From an uncultured delta proteobacterium (GTDB lineage: Bacteria > Myxococcota > Myxococcia > Myxococcales > Myxococcaceae): a stretch of DNA of 64,000 nt. The notes beneath the pieces were generated by a model. That model was not told the origin of the DNA and did not search any database. It worked only from the letters and a program-made list of their open reading frames with translations. Of the stretch, positions 49,279 through 62,598 are shown one piece after another (positions within the stretch are counted from its first letter, which is position 1; every line of letters begins with the position of its first letter). The translations under genes were made by a program, and so were the position numbers. The stretch is from NCBI GenBank assembly GCA_963796055.1, contig CAWCKH010000004.1, positions 2,144,001 to 2,208,000 on the forward strand, read 5' to 3'.

Positions 49279-49968
49279 TCAGCGGAGAAGGACCGAGGCG
49301 GTGATCGCCCCGGCGGCGATGAGCAGCGCCGAGAGCGTGAGCGCCACCACCCCGGCCGCGCCCGACAGCGGGTCCTCCTCCAGGGCGCGGGCGGTGCCGA
49401 GGACGTGGGAGAGCGTGCCCAGCGCCAGTCCCCGGGCCAGTGGGGAGCGCACCCGGACCCGGCTGAGGAGCGCGGGACCGACCGCGGTTCCCAGCAGGCC
49501 GCTGGTGAACACGCAGAGGGTGGTGACCCCGGGCTCCGTCCTGACTAGCTCGGCGAGCCCCAGCGCGACCGGCAGGGTGACGGACTTCAGCGCCGCCGCC
49601 CACATCAGGGCACCGGAGAGGCCGAGCAGCGTCCCCAGCGCCCAGACCACGCCCACCGTGCTCGCACACCCGGCGGCCACGGCCAGCAGCGCGGTCCGCG
49701 GGTGGTCGGCGAGGAACGCCCGACGGCGGAAGAAGGGCAGGGCGAGCGCCGCGGTGGCCGGTCCAAGGAGCCAGGTGATCGGCGCGGCGCCCTCCAGGTA
49801 AGCATCGAGCCAGCGGCGGGGCAGCAGCGCGAACAGCCCGCTCCCGGCGAGCACGGCGAGGAAGACCGGGTGAAGAAGCGACATCCGGAGGCGCCGCTGC
49901 ACCGCGGTGCAGGCCCAGTACAGGGCCGCGGTGAAGGCGGTCGCTCCCAACACCTCCAGCGCGATCAT
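49279..49968 (-). CDS. lrgB: LrgB/CidB-family membrane protein
   Basis: LLGPAT.ALA.P, KSVT.PVA, RGLALG..SH.LGT. Confidence 0.92.
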   Translation of the reverse strand: MIALEVLGATAFTAALYWACTAVQRRLRMSLLHPVFLAVLAGSGLFALLPRRWLDAYLEGAAPITWLLGPATAALALPFFRRRAFLADHPRTALLAVAAGCASTVGVVWALGTLLGLSGALMWAAALKSVTLPVALGLAELVRTEPGVTTLCVFTSGLLGTAVGPALLSRVRVRSPLARGLALGTLSHVLGTARALEEDPLSGAAGVVALTLSALLIAAGAITASVLLR

Positions 49969-50318
49969 CGCCGCTCCCGGAGGGCGGCGGCCTGGCCCAC
50001 CACGCCCGCTGCGACCAGCCCCACCAGCACGCTCGCCGCCAGGACCGCCACCAGAATCAGCAGCTGCCCACGGAGCAGCGGCAGCTCGCGGAGGACGCCG
50101 ATCCCCGAGGGGATGAAGAGCGCCGGGAGGATGCGAAGCAGGGCGTCGGCTCCGCTTACCACCGCGCGCTCGGGCACCGCCCGGGTCAGGAGCAGGACGA
50201 TGAGCACCACCAGCGCCAGCAGCCCCGCCGGGACCGGCAGCCCCGTGCGCGCCACCAGCCAGCGGAAGAAGGTGAACAGCGCACCGAGCAGGACGAGCTG
50301 CAGGCCGGTCCGGATCAA
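49965..50318 (-). CDS. cidA: CidA/LrgA holin-like protein
   Basis: LPVPAGLL, LFIPSGIG; overlaps lrgB start. Confidence 0.88.
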   Translation of the reverse strand: MIRTGLQLVLLGALFTFFRWLVARTGLPVPAGLLALVVLIVLLLTRAVPERAVVSGADALLRILPALFIPSGIGVLRELPLLRGQLLILVAVLAASVLVGLVAAGVVGQAAALRERR

Positions 50319-50336
50319 GAGACGCTCGCCGACGCC

Positions 50337-53894
<3,558 letters not shown>

Positions 53895-54047
53895 GGGCGG
53901 GAGCCACCCTTCTACGGCGGGCGGCTGACGGTGTTCTAGCGTTCCCGGCGGCCAAGGACCGCCCTGATTTCAGGGGCATCAGCGGGCAGCGGCGCCTCAC
54001 TCCGGCACACCGTGCCCGGGCCCCCTCGCCGGGCGTGCGTCCGGGCG

Positions 54048-54376
54048 TCAGAATGACCGTGCCGCGCGTCCGAGCAGCTCCGAGACCTGGCTCGCCTGCC
54101 TCGGGTGAGCCGGAACGGGGTCACGCTGGCTCCCAAGACGGCCTTCCGCGTGATCGAGAGGGCGATGACTGGCTCGGTCTTCCCCGTGTCGAGGATCTGG
54201 ACTCTCAGCACCGTCGAGCCGCCGGCGGAGAACTCGAGCGTCGTCTCGCCGACCGTCTCCCGGATCCGCCCTCCGAGGAGCGTACCCACGAGGCTGCCGG
54301 CCTTCAGGTAGCGGTACACGAACGTTCCCAGGATGCCCAGAAAGACGACCGTGAAGATCGTGAGCGGATCCGGCAT
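54048..54376 (-). CDS. Small membrane protein, probable frameshift near 54100
   Basis: N-terminal TM; adding one G gives ...LTRGQASQVSELLGRAARSF stop. Confidence 0.55.
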
Positions 54377-54435
54377 CGCACGTTCCCCTTCGGGCGTGCG
54401 TCCGCCCAGGCGCCGCGACTCTACCGCGAAAGCTC

Positions 54436-55692
54436 TCACGGAACCCGCGGACCTTCCGCGGTGGCGGGCGCGCTGGTCCTCTGGAGCTGGCTGGCCACCC
54501 GCTCCATCTCGCGCATCGCCCGCAGGTGGTTCTGTCCGGCAAGCTTGAGAAGGTCTGCCTCGCTCCAGCCCCGCCGAAGCAGCTCGGCGAAGAGGACCGG
54601 GTAGGTGGTCACATCCTGAAGCCCGTTGACCATGGAGACGGAGCCGTCGTCAAAGAAGTCGGCGCCGATGCCGACGTGGTCCACGCCCGCGACCGCCCGG
54701 ATGTGGTCGACGGCGTCGGCGACGCTGGCCATCGAGCCGCCCGGCTGCGGATGCGCCTTCTCCCACTGGACGAGCTCCTTGTCGACCTCGACCTCGGTCC
54801 GGACCCGCTGCCGGATGGCTCGCCGCGCCTCCTTCTTCTTCCTCAGCCACTCCTCGCTGGGAACCGCGAACTCGCGAATGAAGCTCACGTGAATCACCCC
54901 CCCGTTGCGTGCCACGAGCCGGAGCACGTCGTCGGGCACGTTGCGCGGGTGGGGCACGACGGCAAAGGCGTTGGAATGTGAGGAGATGACCGGCGCCTTC
55001 GACAGCCGGAGCACGTCGAGCATCACGTCCGGACTGACGTGCGCGATGTCCACGAACATGCCCAGCCGGTTGAGCTCTCCGACCAGCAGCTCCCCGTGCT
55101 TGGTGAGGCCATCATGGAGGGGCGCGTCGGTCGCCGCGTCCGCGAACTCGTCGTTTCTCCAGTGGGTGAGGGTCAGGTAGCGGGCCCCGAGCCGGTGGAA
55201 GATCCGCAGCACGGCCGGCGAGCTCTCGATCATGTGGCCGCCCTCGACGCCGAGCAGCGAGGCGATCCGGCCGGCGCGGGTGATCCGGACGATGTCGTCC
55301 GCGCTCCGGGCGAGCTCCAGCTCGGGTCGGCCCTCGATGGTTCGCAGAGCGACGTCGAAGACCCGGAGCGCCTCGTGGAGCGCGGTGCGGGTCAGCCGGG
55401 TGTCCGACTCGACGAAGATGCTCCAGTACTGGGCACCGACCCGGCCCTCGCGGAGGCGCGGGATGTCGGCGGGTAGGTCGGGCTGGCGCTTGCCCAGGTC
55501 CACCTTGGTGAGGTCCCCTCCGGTCTTCTCCAGCAGCGCGTAGGGCAGGTCGTTGTGCGTGTCGATCAGCGGCGCGCGCTGGAGGATGGACCGCGCCCGG
55601 TCGAGCAGGCGCGGGTCGGGCGCGGCGGGGGTCGTGCCTGCGGCCGGAGCTGCGCCGAGGAGCGCGAGGGCAAGCGTGGTCGGCCAGAGCAT
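54436..55692 (-). CDS. Membrane dipeptidase (peptidase M19)
   Basis: Signal peptide, DTHND, EGGH, YLTLTH, SHS, DHVGIGADF, N.LR. Confidence 0.93.
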   Translation of the reverse strand: MLWPTTLALALLGAAPAAGTTPAAPDPRLLDRARSILQRAPLIDTHNDLPYALLEKTGGDLTKVDLGKRQPDLPADIPRLREGRVGAQYWSIFVESDTRLTRTALHEALRVFDVALRTIEGRPELELARSADDIVRITRAGRIASLLGVEGGHMIESSPAVLRIFHRLGARYLTLTHWRNDEFADAATDAPLHDGLTKHGELLVGELNRLGMFVDIAHVSPDVMLDVLRLSKAPVISSHSNAFAVVPHPRNVPDDVLRLVARNGGVIHVSFIREFAVPSEEWLRKKKEARRAIRQRVRTEVEVDKELVQWEKAHPQPGGSMASVADAVDHIRAVAGVDHVGIGADFFDDGSVSMVNGLQDVTTYPVLFAELLRRGWSEADLLKLAGQNHLRAMREMERVASQLQRTSAPATAEGPRVP

Positions 55693-55754
55693 CGGGCGAC
55701 GATGCCATGTCCTGCGGCCGTCGACGCATGGGACCAGAGGGCCACGCGCGCCGC

Positions 55755-56216
55755 TCACCGGGCGCCCGCGGTCCACACCCATTCCTTCGAGGCGGGCTTG
55801 CCCTGCCGTGTCCCCTCGATGCGGGCGTGCAGGGAGGGGCCCTCGCGCCAGTAGAGGATGCGGCGAGGGAAGTCGTGCGCCGGGTTCTCGAAGGCGATGC
55901 AGCTCGGGCCGTGGGCGACGCGCCGGAAGTCGGTGCCCGGGCGGCCCTGGGGCATCGCCCGGTAGACGAGGCCGTCGCCGTCTTGCTCGATGCGCAAGAA
56001 CTCGAACCCGGTGGCCTTCCCACCGGACGTGTCGCGGTGCATGGCGAGCATCAGGCCGCCGGCTGGCGTGAGCCACACCTCCTCGTTCAGTGTCCCCCGG
56101 TCGTCTCCGGACCAGCTGCCCACGAGCCAGTCGAGCTGGGCCAGCCCGGGAGAGCCAGGCCCGATAGCGGGACACTCGGGAACCGCGGAGAGCAGCAGCA
56201 GCGCGAGCAGGGTCAT
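55755..56216 (-). CDS. DUF6265-like secreted protein
   Basis: L.WL.G.W, EE.W....G...., FE.LRI, FENPAHDFP.RI.Y. Confidence 0.8.
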   Translation of the reverse strand: MTLLALLLLSAVPECPAIGPGSPGLAQLDWLVGSWSGDDRGTLNEEVWLTPAGGLMLAMHRDTSGGKATGFEFLRIEQDGDGLVYRAMPQGRPGTDFRRVAHGPSCIAFENPAHDFPRRILYWREGPSLHARIEGTRQGKPASKEWVWTAGAR

Positions 56217-56231
56217 TGGATTCGCTCGGGG

Positions 56232-57116
56232 TCAGGGGGTGGCGGCGGAGCGTGCTCCGGGCCCTCGGGCTTCGTCTTGGACGGACCCGACACCGAGCAG
56301 CTCCCGGAGCCGGCCTGGCGCCACGAACGCCCGCGCCAGCGGTCCGAGCGCCTCGAGCAGAGCGGCGGGGGGAAGCCCGGCAACGCGTCGAAACTCCCGG
56401 GTGAGGTGCGGCTGGTCGACGTACTCCAGCTCGGCGGCCAGCTGCGCCCAGCTGTCCTCGGCGTGATGAAGGAGCAGTGCCGCCTGCACCCGCAGCACGG
56501 CGGCAAGGGTGCGCGGGGGCAGGCCCACCTCGCGGAGGAAGGCCCGCTCGAGCCTGCGCTCCGCGGCTCCGCTCGCCGCACAGAGCGCGCGGACCGCAAT
56601 CCTCCCCCGTGCCCGCCGGAGCGCCCCGACAGCCTCGTCGACTGGCCGCGCGGATCCGGCGGCTTGCAGACGGTGGCGGAGGAAGGCTTCGAGCGTGGTG
56701 CAGCGCTCGGCATCGCCGGTGGCGTCCTCGAGCCGGGCGGCGAGGGTGCGACCCGCCCGCCCGAGCAGCTCCTCGAGTGAGCCCCAGCCGTCGGTCAGGC
56801 GGTGGGCGTCGTCGTGGAGCAGCCGTCCGAGCGCCGCCGGTCGGAGCCGGACCGCCACGGTGCGGAAGGCGGACCCGGGGGACACACGCAGCGCCCGGCT
56901 GCGCTGGCCGACGACCAGCGCGCGCGGCTGCAGCCGGAGCGACGTGCCGTCGTCCCCGGCGTGCATTGCCCCCCCGAGCTGCACCACCAGCTCCGGGCAG
57001 CCGTCGGGGACGATCCGCTCCGTTCCGCCGCCAGACCCCTCGGCGAACCAGAGGCACTCGACGGCCCACCGCAGATCGGCGGGTGGAGGCACCTCGCGGT
57101 AGCGGAGCGCGCCCAA
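56232..57116 (-). CDS. AraC-family transcriptional regulator
   Basis: IVPDGC, R.LER.F...VG..P, Y.DQPHL.REF....G..P. Confidence 0.9.
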   Translation of the reverse strand: MGALRYREVPPPADLRWAVECLWFAEGSGGGTERIVPDGCPELVVQLGGAMHAGDDGTSLRLQPRALVVGQRSRALRVSPGSAFRTVAVRLRPAALGRLLHDDAHRLTDGWGSLEELLGRAGRTLAARLEDATGDAERCTTLEAFLRHRLQAAGSARPVDEAVGALRRARGRIAVRALCAASGAAERRLERAFLREVGLPPRTLAAVLRVQAALLLHHAEDSWAQLAAELEYVDQPHLTREFRRVAGLPPAALLEALGPLARAFVAPGRLRELLGVGSVQDEARGPGARSAATP

Positions 57117-57176
57117 GGAGCAGGGGACGCTACTCCGGCCGTCGGCGGCGGTCCCAGGTCACGGACGCCCCCGCGC

Positions 57177-57842
57177 TCAGCCTCGGCGACCGAGCGCCTG
57201 GAGGTCCCTCATCTCCAGCACGTGCGTCGGAGGGCGCTCCCGCGCGGCGCGGATCATCGCCCGCCCCAGCTCCTCGGTGGAGATCACCATCGAGGGCGCG
57301 ATCGCCTGGACGACCGGAGCGATGGGTCCGAACACGCTGTAGGCGAGGCGCGTCCAGCGCGTCTTCGAGACCTCGCCATGCACCGGACGCAGCATCGCCA
57401 GCCGGACCATGTACGCGGCCGGGAAGAGCCCCCGGAGCGCCGCCTCGGTCCGCCCCTTCACCTGTGCCCACATCGACTTGCCGCCGGTGCCGGCGCCCGA
57501 GACGTACACGAAGGCCATGTCCGGATTGATCCGCGCCAGCAGGCGCCCCCAGCCGAGCGCCAGGTCGTAGGTGAGCCGAGTGTACTCGGCCTCGCTCATC
57601 CCCGCGGAGGAGACGCCGAGGCAGAAGAAGCACGCGTCGTACCCCTGCAGATCGGCCTCCGGAACGGAGGTGTCGAACAGATCCGGGCGGACCAGCTCTC
57701 GTAGCTTGGGGTCGCTTCGACCGCTGGGGGTGCGACCGATCGCCAGCACCGATTCGACCCCCGCGTCCCGCAGGCACGCGCCGAGAACGGCCTGGCCCAC
57801 CATTCCCGTCGCTCCGAAGAGGATGACCTTCATTCCCGCCAT
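57177..57842 (-). CDS. NAD(P)-binding epimerase/oxidoreductase (atypical SDR)
   Basis: FGATGMVG, YDACFFCLG, W..VKG.TE. Confidence 0.88.
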   Translation of the reverse strand: MAGMKVILFGATGMVGQAVLGACLRDAGVESVLAIGRTPSGRSDPKLRELVRPDLFDTSVPEADLQGYDACFFCLGVSSAGMSEAEYTRLTYDLALGWGRLLARINPDMAFVYVSGAGTGGKSMWAQVKGRTEAALRGLFPAAYMVRLAMLRPVHGEVSKTRWTRLAYSVFGPIAPVVQAIAPSMVISTEELGRAMIRAARERPPTHVLEMRDLQALGRRG

Positions 57843-57935
57843 TCGCCTCCGCCCATGCGCCAGGCCACAGTCAAGCGCGGAACGGGAGCGGGAACCAGCG
57901 GGGGAAGGCGGCGCCGGACGCGCCCAGAAAGGCGG

Positions 57936-58493
57936 TCAGCCGTCGAGCAGGGTTCCGATGGCGATCTCGGCGTCCCGGAGAGGCTCGGCGCTGCGGCGGA
58001 CCCGCGCCAGGAGCAGCGCGCCCTCGATGAGGCAGAGCACCGTCCGGGCCAGCCGCTCGGGCGCGGCGATGCGGGGCCGCTCCTGCCGGATGCGGTCCGC
58101 CAGCACCTCCGTCCACCGCTCGAACACCTCGGCGCAGGCCGCCGAGAGCGCCGGGGCGTCGTCGGAGGCCTCGAGCGCGGTGGTGGCCACCGGGCACCCC
58201 AGGGCGAACTCGGAGGCCTCGAGCTGCCGGGCGAACATCCGGGCCACCGACTGCAGCCCGCTCCGCACGTCGGGCTTGCCGTCCAGCTTGGTCTGGAGCG
58301 CCACCCCGAGGTGCTCGCCCAGGCGCCGCACCGCCTCCGCCGCCATCTGCTCCTTTCCCTCGGGGAAGTGGAAGTAGAGCGAGCCGCGGGGGGCGCCGGC
58401 CTCGGTCAACACCTGGGCCAGCCCGGTGGCGTGGTAGCCCTGCCGCGCCAGCAGCCGCGCCGTGACCTCCACCATGCGTTCCCGGGTGTCCAA
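57936..58493 (-). CDS. TetR/AcrR-family regulator (NemR/LmrA-like)
   Basis: GYHATG......GAPRGSLYFHF..GKE, GCPV; AAGGAGG before TTG. Confidence 0.92.
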   Translation of the reverse strand: MDTRERMVEVTARLLARQGYHATGLAQVLTEAGAPRGSLYFHFPEGKEQMAAEAVRRLGEHLGVALQTKLDGKPDVRSGLQSVARMFARQLEASEFALGCPVATTALEASDDAPALSAACAEVFERWTEVLADRIRQERPRIAAPERLARTVLCLIEGALLLARVRRSAEPLRDAEIAIGTLLDG

Positions 58494-58512
58494 CGTGGGT
58501 GCCTCCTTGACC

Positions 58513-58557
58513 TCAGTAGACCGGTCGGTCTAGTAACTGGACCGACTGGTCTACTGA
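58513..58557. promoter_or_regulatory. Double TetR operator (TAGACC-N4-GGTCTA type)
   Basis: TAGACCGGTCGGTCTA and TGGACCGACTGGTCTA nested in a 21-bp inverted repeat (2 mismatches) between divergent tetR and hydrolase. Confidence 0.85.
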
Positions 58558-58574
58558 TAGCACGGAGGTGCCCG

Positions 58575-59456
58575 GTGCGTCCCATCTGGTTGGTCTTCGA
58601 GGCGGCGGACGGACGCCCGCTCGCGGCGACGGTCCTCGAGCCACCCCGGGTGGAGGCGGCGGTGGTGATCGCCAGCGCCACCGGCGTGCCCCGCAAGATC
58701 TACGACGGCATCGCCGGATGCCTCGCCGGGGCGGGCATGGCGGTCCTCACCTTCGACTACCGGGGCATCGGCGGGTCGCGCCGGTCGCGCTCGCTCCGCG
58801 AGGAGGACGCCCGGATGCAGGACTGGGGGCGACTGGATCTGGAGGGAGCGCTGGGGTGGATGCGCCAGGCCTACCCCGGCGCTCCGCTGCTGGTGCTCGG
58901 CCACAGCGCGGGCGGCCAGCTCATCGGGCTCGCTCCCTCCGCGCGCCACCTCGCGGGCGCGGCGCTCATCGGCTCGCAGCTCGGCTGGGCAGGCCACTGG
59001 CCGTGGCCGGCGCGGGTGGCGATGTGGAGCATGTGGCACGCGCTGATCCCCGGCCTCACCGCCGCCAGGGGCTACCTTCCGATGAAGTCGCTCGGACAGG
59101 GCGAGGACCTACCGGCGGGGGTCGCCCGGGAGTGGGCCGCGTGGGGACGACGGCGCAACTACCTCTTCGACGTCCTGGGCTTCCAGGTACGCGCGGACTA
59201 CGCCGCCCTCCGGTTCCCGGTCCGGGCGCTCCACATCTCCGACGACCTGTACGCTCCCCGGAGCGGGGTGGAGGCGCTGGTGTCGTTCTACGGAGGCCGC
59301 CGGGAGGTTCGCACGGTCACCCCGGCCGAGGCGGGCGCGGGACGGATCGGCCACTTCGGCTGGGTCCGGCCCCGGTTCGAGCAGGCCATCTGGGCGCCGA
59401 TACGCGACTGGTTCCGGAGCCGGATCCAGCCCTCGCCGCTGCGGCGCGTGGGCTAG
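58575..59456 (+). CDS. Alpha/beta hydrolase
   Basis: ATGVP...Y, FDYRG.G.S, GHSAGG nucleophile elbow, DD, IGHFG. Confidence 0.9.
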   Translation: MRPIWLVFEAADGRPLAATVLEPPRVEAAVVIASATGVPRKIYDGIAGCLAGAGMAVLTFDYRGIGGSRRSRSLREEDARMQDWGRLDLEGALGWMRQAYPGAPLLVLGHSAGGQLIGLAPSARHLAGAALIGSQLGWAGHWPWPARVAMWSMWHALIPGLTAARGYLPMKSLGQGEDLPAGVAREWAAWGRRRNYLFDVLGFQVRADYAALRFPVRALHISDDLYAPRSGVEALVSFYGGRREVRTVTPAEAGAGRIGHFGWVRPRFEQAIWAPIRDWFRSRIQPSPLRRVG

Positions 59457-59685
59457 GTCAGGGCGGCCGCAGTCGAGGTCCGGGTCAGGGTGAGTCAGGT
59501 GGGCTGCAGTCGGCGAGGTCAGGGCGGCCGCAGTCGGCGAGGTCAGGGCGGCCGCAGTCGAGGTCCGGGTCAGGGTGAGTCAGGTGGGCTGCAGTCGGCG
59601 AGGTCAGGGCGGCCGCAGTCGGCGAGGTCAGGGCGGCCGCAGTCGAGGTCCGGGTCAGGGTGAGTCAGGTGGGCTGCAGTCGGCG
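59455..59685. repeat. Intergenic hierarchical tandem repeat, 85-bp period (21+40+24 nt subunits), about 2.7 copies
   Basis: AGGTCAGGGCGGCCGCAGTCG(GCG) alternating with AGGTCCGGGTCAGGGTGAGTCAGGTGGGCTGCAGTCGGCG; copies identical. Confidence 0.93.
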
Positions 59686-59711
59686 ATTCCCTACCGGCTC
59701 CTTTCGGCCCA

Positions 59712-60167
59712 TCACCCGCGCTGGAAGCGGTTCTGCATCACCAGCGCGGTGCGGGTGCGCGCCACCCCGGGCAGCGCGGCCACCGCCGCCCGCACCCGGT
59801 CGATGCCGGCGATGTCGTGTGCCTGCACCTGGAGGATGAGGTCCAGCTCGCCACTCACCGAATCGCAGACCCGCACCTCGGGGAGCGACTGAAGCGTTGC
59901 GGCGAGCGTGTCGTGGTTCGCGCCGCTCGCCGAGACCAGGAGGTACGCCTGCACGTCGGTGCCCCGGTTTCCGCGCCGGATGGTGTACCCAGCGATGTGG
60001 CCCATCCGTTCCAGCCGCTCGATGCGCTCCTGGATCGCGCTGCGCGAGCGTCCCACCCGTCGCGCGAGCCGGGCGTGCGACATCCGTCCATCCATCTCCA
60101 GCAGGGCGAGGAGCTGGAGATCCAGCGGGTCGAGCGCGCGAGGGTGGTAGGTCTCCGGCAGCGGCAT
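59712..60167 (-). CDS. Lrp/AsnC-family transcriptional regulator
   Basis: LD.LD..LL.LL..DGR.S...LA..VG.S......RI.RLE..G.I.GY, VSG..D. Confidence 0.92.
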   Translation of the reverse strand: MPLPETYHPRALDPLDLQLLALLEMDGRMSHARLARRVGRSRSAIQERIERLERMGHIAGYTIRRGNRGTDVQAYLLVSASGANHDTLAATLQSLPEVRVCDSVSGELDLILQVQAHDIAGIDRVRAAVAALPGVARTRTALVMQNRFQRG

Positions 60168-60385
60168 CGGCGTCCCTCGAGTCTAACGCGCGGGCCCCGC
60201 TCCGCTTTCCGCTGCCCCGGCGCCCGGCACATCGCCGGTGCGCGGACGAATCCGCGCAACAGCGGTGCGGCTCATCCGGTCCAGTGGGGTGAGGGGAGCG
60301 GTGAGGCACCCGGGCCCTGTCGTGCGCCGGGAGGCTCCGCGGTCGCAGGTCGGCGGCCGCAGAACCTCCCGGCGCGCGCTGCGGT

Positions 60386-61276
60386 CTACAGGGCGGAGAA
60401 GGGCGCGCCCTGCGAGACGTAGATCAGGTCGTACTCGGTGCTCCAGGTCTTGCCGCCGTCGGTCGTTCCCTGGCTGAACTGACGGACGCGGCGCCCGGGG
60501 AGCGGAGTGAAGGTGAGCTGCCGCCGGTAGGGCTTGCCGTCCGCCTGCGGCTGGTCCGAGTGGTAGACCATCGCCCCATTCTCCAGCTGGCCGGTGAAGA
60601 AGATCGGGGTGGCGCTGGAGTCCACCCACGACTGCTCCCAGCGCTTGCGCGCCGGGTTCCAGGTGTTCCAGCTCTTGCCCTCGCCGGTGCCCTTCCAGTT
60701 CTCCAGCACCACACAGTCCCCCAGGATGCGCTCGATGCGGCTCTGGCCCACCCGGTTCCCGCTCCGGTCGTAGACGTCCCAGCTCCCCACCCAGAAGTCG
60801 AGCTGTCGCCACGGCGAGCCGGGCTGCGCGCAGGGGGCCGACAGCGCGGCGAACTTCGCCGCCAGCTCCTGGAAGCGCGCATCGGCTGCCACCGCCGGGT
60901 CCGCATCCACCGCCGGGAGCCCCGGGGGCGGGCCGAACTCCTGCTCCACCAGCGGCTTCAGCAGGGCGAGCGCCGCGTCCTTCTCGCCGAGGTGGGCGTG
61001 GGCCAGCGCGCGCTGGTGCTGCATCAGGGGTGGGTAGAACCCGAGCTGCTCCGCCTTCAGCAGGGCAGGGAGCGCTTCGCGGGCCCGACCTGCCTCTCGC
61101 AGCGAGCGCCCCAGCCGTGCCCAGCTCGAGGCCTGCTCCGGATGCGCCTGCACCACCGCCCGGTACAGCTCGGCGGCGCGGTTCCAGTCCTGGTCGGCGA
61201 AGGCCTTGTTCGCTGCTGGCAGCGGGTCCGCAGGCGGGTTGGCGAGCACGGCGACGAAGAGCACGACAGCGAGCAT
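60386..61276 (-). CDS. Secreted TPR protein with C-terminal beta-barrel (DUF1579-like) domain
   Basis: Signal peptide, TPR-like helices, C....RQLDFWVG.W.V, W.Q.WVD, DGGKTW. Confidence 0.75.
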   Translation of the reverse strand: MLAVVLFVAVLANPPADPLPAANKAFADQDWNRAAELYRAVVQAHPEQASSWARLGRSLREAGRAREALPALLKAEQLGFYPPLMQHQRALAHAHLGEKDAALALLKPLVEQEFGPPPGLPAVDADPAVAADARFQELAAKFAALSAPCAQPGSPWRQLDFWVGSWDVYDRSGNRVGQSRIERILGDCVVLENWKGTGEGKSWNTWNPARKRWEQSWVDSSATPIFFTGQLENGAMVYHSDQPQADGKPYRRQLTFTPLPGRRVRQFSQGTTDGGKTWSTEYDLIYVSQGAPFSAL

Positions 61277-61294
61277 GCGAGACGCCCCTCCTCG

Positions 61295-61430
61295 GGCGGC
61301 AGGGGAGCGGCCCATCGCCGACATCGCCCTGGAAACCGGCTTCACCGACCAGAGTCATCTCACCCGCGTGTTCCGCCGGACCCTCGGCGAGACGCCGGCG
61401 GTGTTCCGGGCCAAGTTCCGCCGTGGCTGA
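61295..61430 (+). pseudogene. C-terminal HTH relic of an AraC regulator
   Basis: IADIALETGFTDQSHLTRVFRRTLGETPAVFR with no N-terminal part. Confidence 0.75.
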
Positions 61431-61436
61431 GCGCGG

Positions 61437-61784
61437 TCACGCTGCCGACAGGGTCGGCCCGCCCGGGAGCTGGCGGGTGGTTCCCACCGCGCGCAGCGCC
61501 TCTGCCAGAAGCGTCACCCGCTCCGGGCACGGCCGGTAGACGGTCCAGCGGCCGCGGCGCTCGGTCTCCACCAGGTTCGCCTCCTTCAGGATGCGCAGGT
61601 GGTGCGACACCAGCGCATGGGGCAGTCCGACCAGCAGCTCGAGGTCCGAGAGGCAGAGCCCTCGCTCGCCCGAGCGCACAGGGCCGGTGCGCGGCCCCTC
61701 CCACCCGAGCAGCAGCTCCAGCATGCGCAACCGGGTGGGCTCGGCCACCGCCTTCAACGCGCTCAAGAGTTCGTTTGCGCTCAT
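61437..61784 (-). CDS. ArsR/SmtB-family regulator
   Basis: KAVAEPTRLRML, LC..DL, VSHHLRILKEANLV...RRG.W..Y. Confidence 0.9.
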   Translation of the reverse strand: MSANELLSALKAVAEPTRLRMLELLLGWEGPRTGPVRSGERGLCLSDLELLVGLPHALVSHHLRILKEANLVETERRGRWTVYRPCPERVTLLAEALRAVGTTRQLPGGPTLSAA

Positions 61785-61854
61785 GTCACTGCTCCGGCCA
61801 ACAGTAGAACGCGGGACCCGGAAAGCGATTTCCTCCGGGTCCCGAGTCCCGGGG

Positions 61855-62595
61855 TCACTTCAATCCAGGGAACGGCTTGGTGAAGAAACAGATTCCCTGG
61901 TCCGGGTCGCCGGTGAGGAAGGTGGTCACCCAGTCCTCCTTCACGCAGGCCACCGCGTAGTCGGGGTTGAGGCCGGAGGGGAAGATGCCCGCGGCGGGAT
62001 CCCCGAACGGGTCGCAGAGCGCGTCGTCCTCGCAGGGGCCGATGAAGCCGATAGGCGAGGGGGTCAGGCCCTGCATCTTGTACGTCCCGGTGCAGGTGCC
62101 GAAGGTGATGTCTGCATCGCCTTCGAAGGTGGAGCCCTGGTACCGCGCTCCGTCGAGGAAGCGGAGGTTCTTCGGGTGGTAGACGAGGTTGGTCAGCCCC
62201 AGCCCCAGCACGTCGGTGTCCGACGTCATGGGGGTCATGTCGGAGATGGTGCAGATGTCGTCCGCATCCGGCACCTCGGACAGCGTCCCGTGTCCGAGAA
62301 CCGGGCTGTTCGGCCCGCCGTCGTCCGGGTAGGGCATGCTGTCGGACTTCACGTAGATCTCGCGGTCGCTGAACCCGTCGAACCGCCAGTTGTCGGCGTA
62401 GATGGCCGGCAGGACGTTCTCGCACCCTGCCGGCGGGGTGCCCTGCAGGGTGAACTTGATGGTGTAGCCCTGCAGCGGCGGCCGCTGGATGAGGCACGGG
62501 GCAGGGGCGGCGGTGGGGCAGGCGGTGAGCACCACCGCGGCGAGGACGGAGAAGAGGACGGCGTGCAGGCCTGAGGTTCGGGAGTGCATGGGCAT
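61855..62595 (-). CDS. Cys-rich lipoprotein downstream of Oar-like receptor (MlpA-like position)
   Basis: Lipobox VLTAC, several Cys, GLNPDY...C. Confidence 0.72.
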   Translation of the reverse strand: MPMHSRTSGLHAVLFSVLAAVVLTACPTAAPAPCLIQRPPLQGYTIKFTLQGTPPAGCENVLPAIYADNWRFDGFSDREIYVKSDSMPYPDDGGPNSPVLGHGTLSEVPDADDICTISDMTPMTSDTDVLGLGLTNLVYHPKNLRFLDGARYQGSTFEGDADITFGTCTGTYKMQGLTPSPIGFIGPCEDDALCDPFGDPAAGIFPSGLNPDYAVACVKEDWVTTFLTGDPDQGICFFTKPFPGLK

Positions 62596-62598
62596 CCT

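Noticed and set aside
49279..50318. Prophage lysis cassette
   Set aside because: CidA/LrgB are chromosomal holin-like proteins, and no phage genes are nearby
59455..59685. CRISPR array
   Set aside because: Intervening segments are identical rather than unique spacers, and no cas genes are in the window
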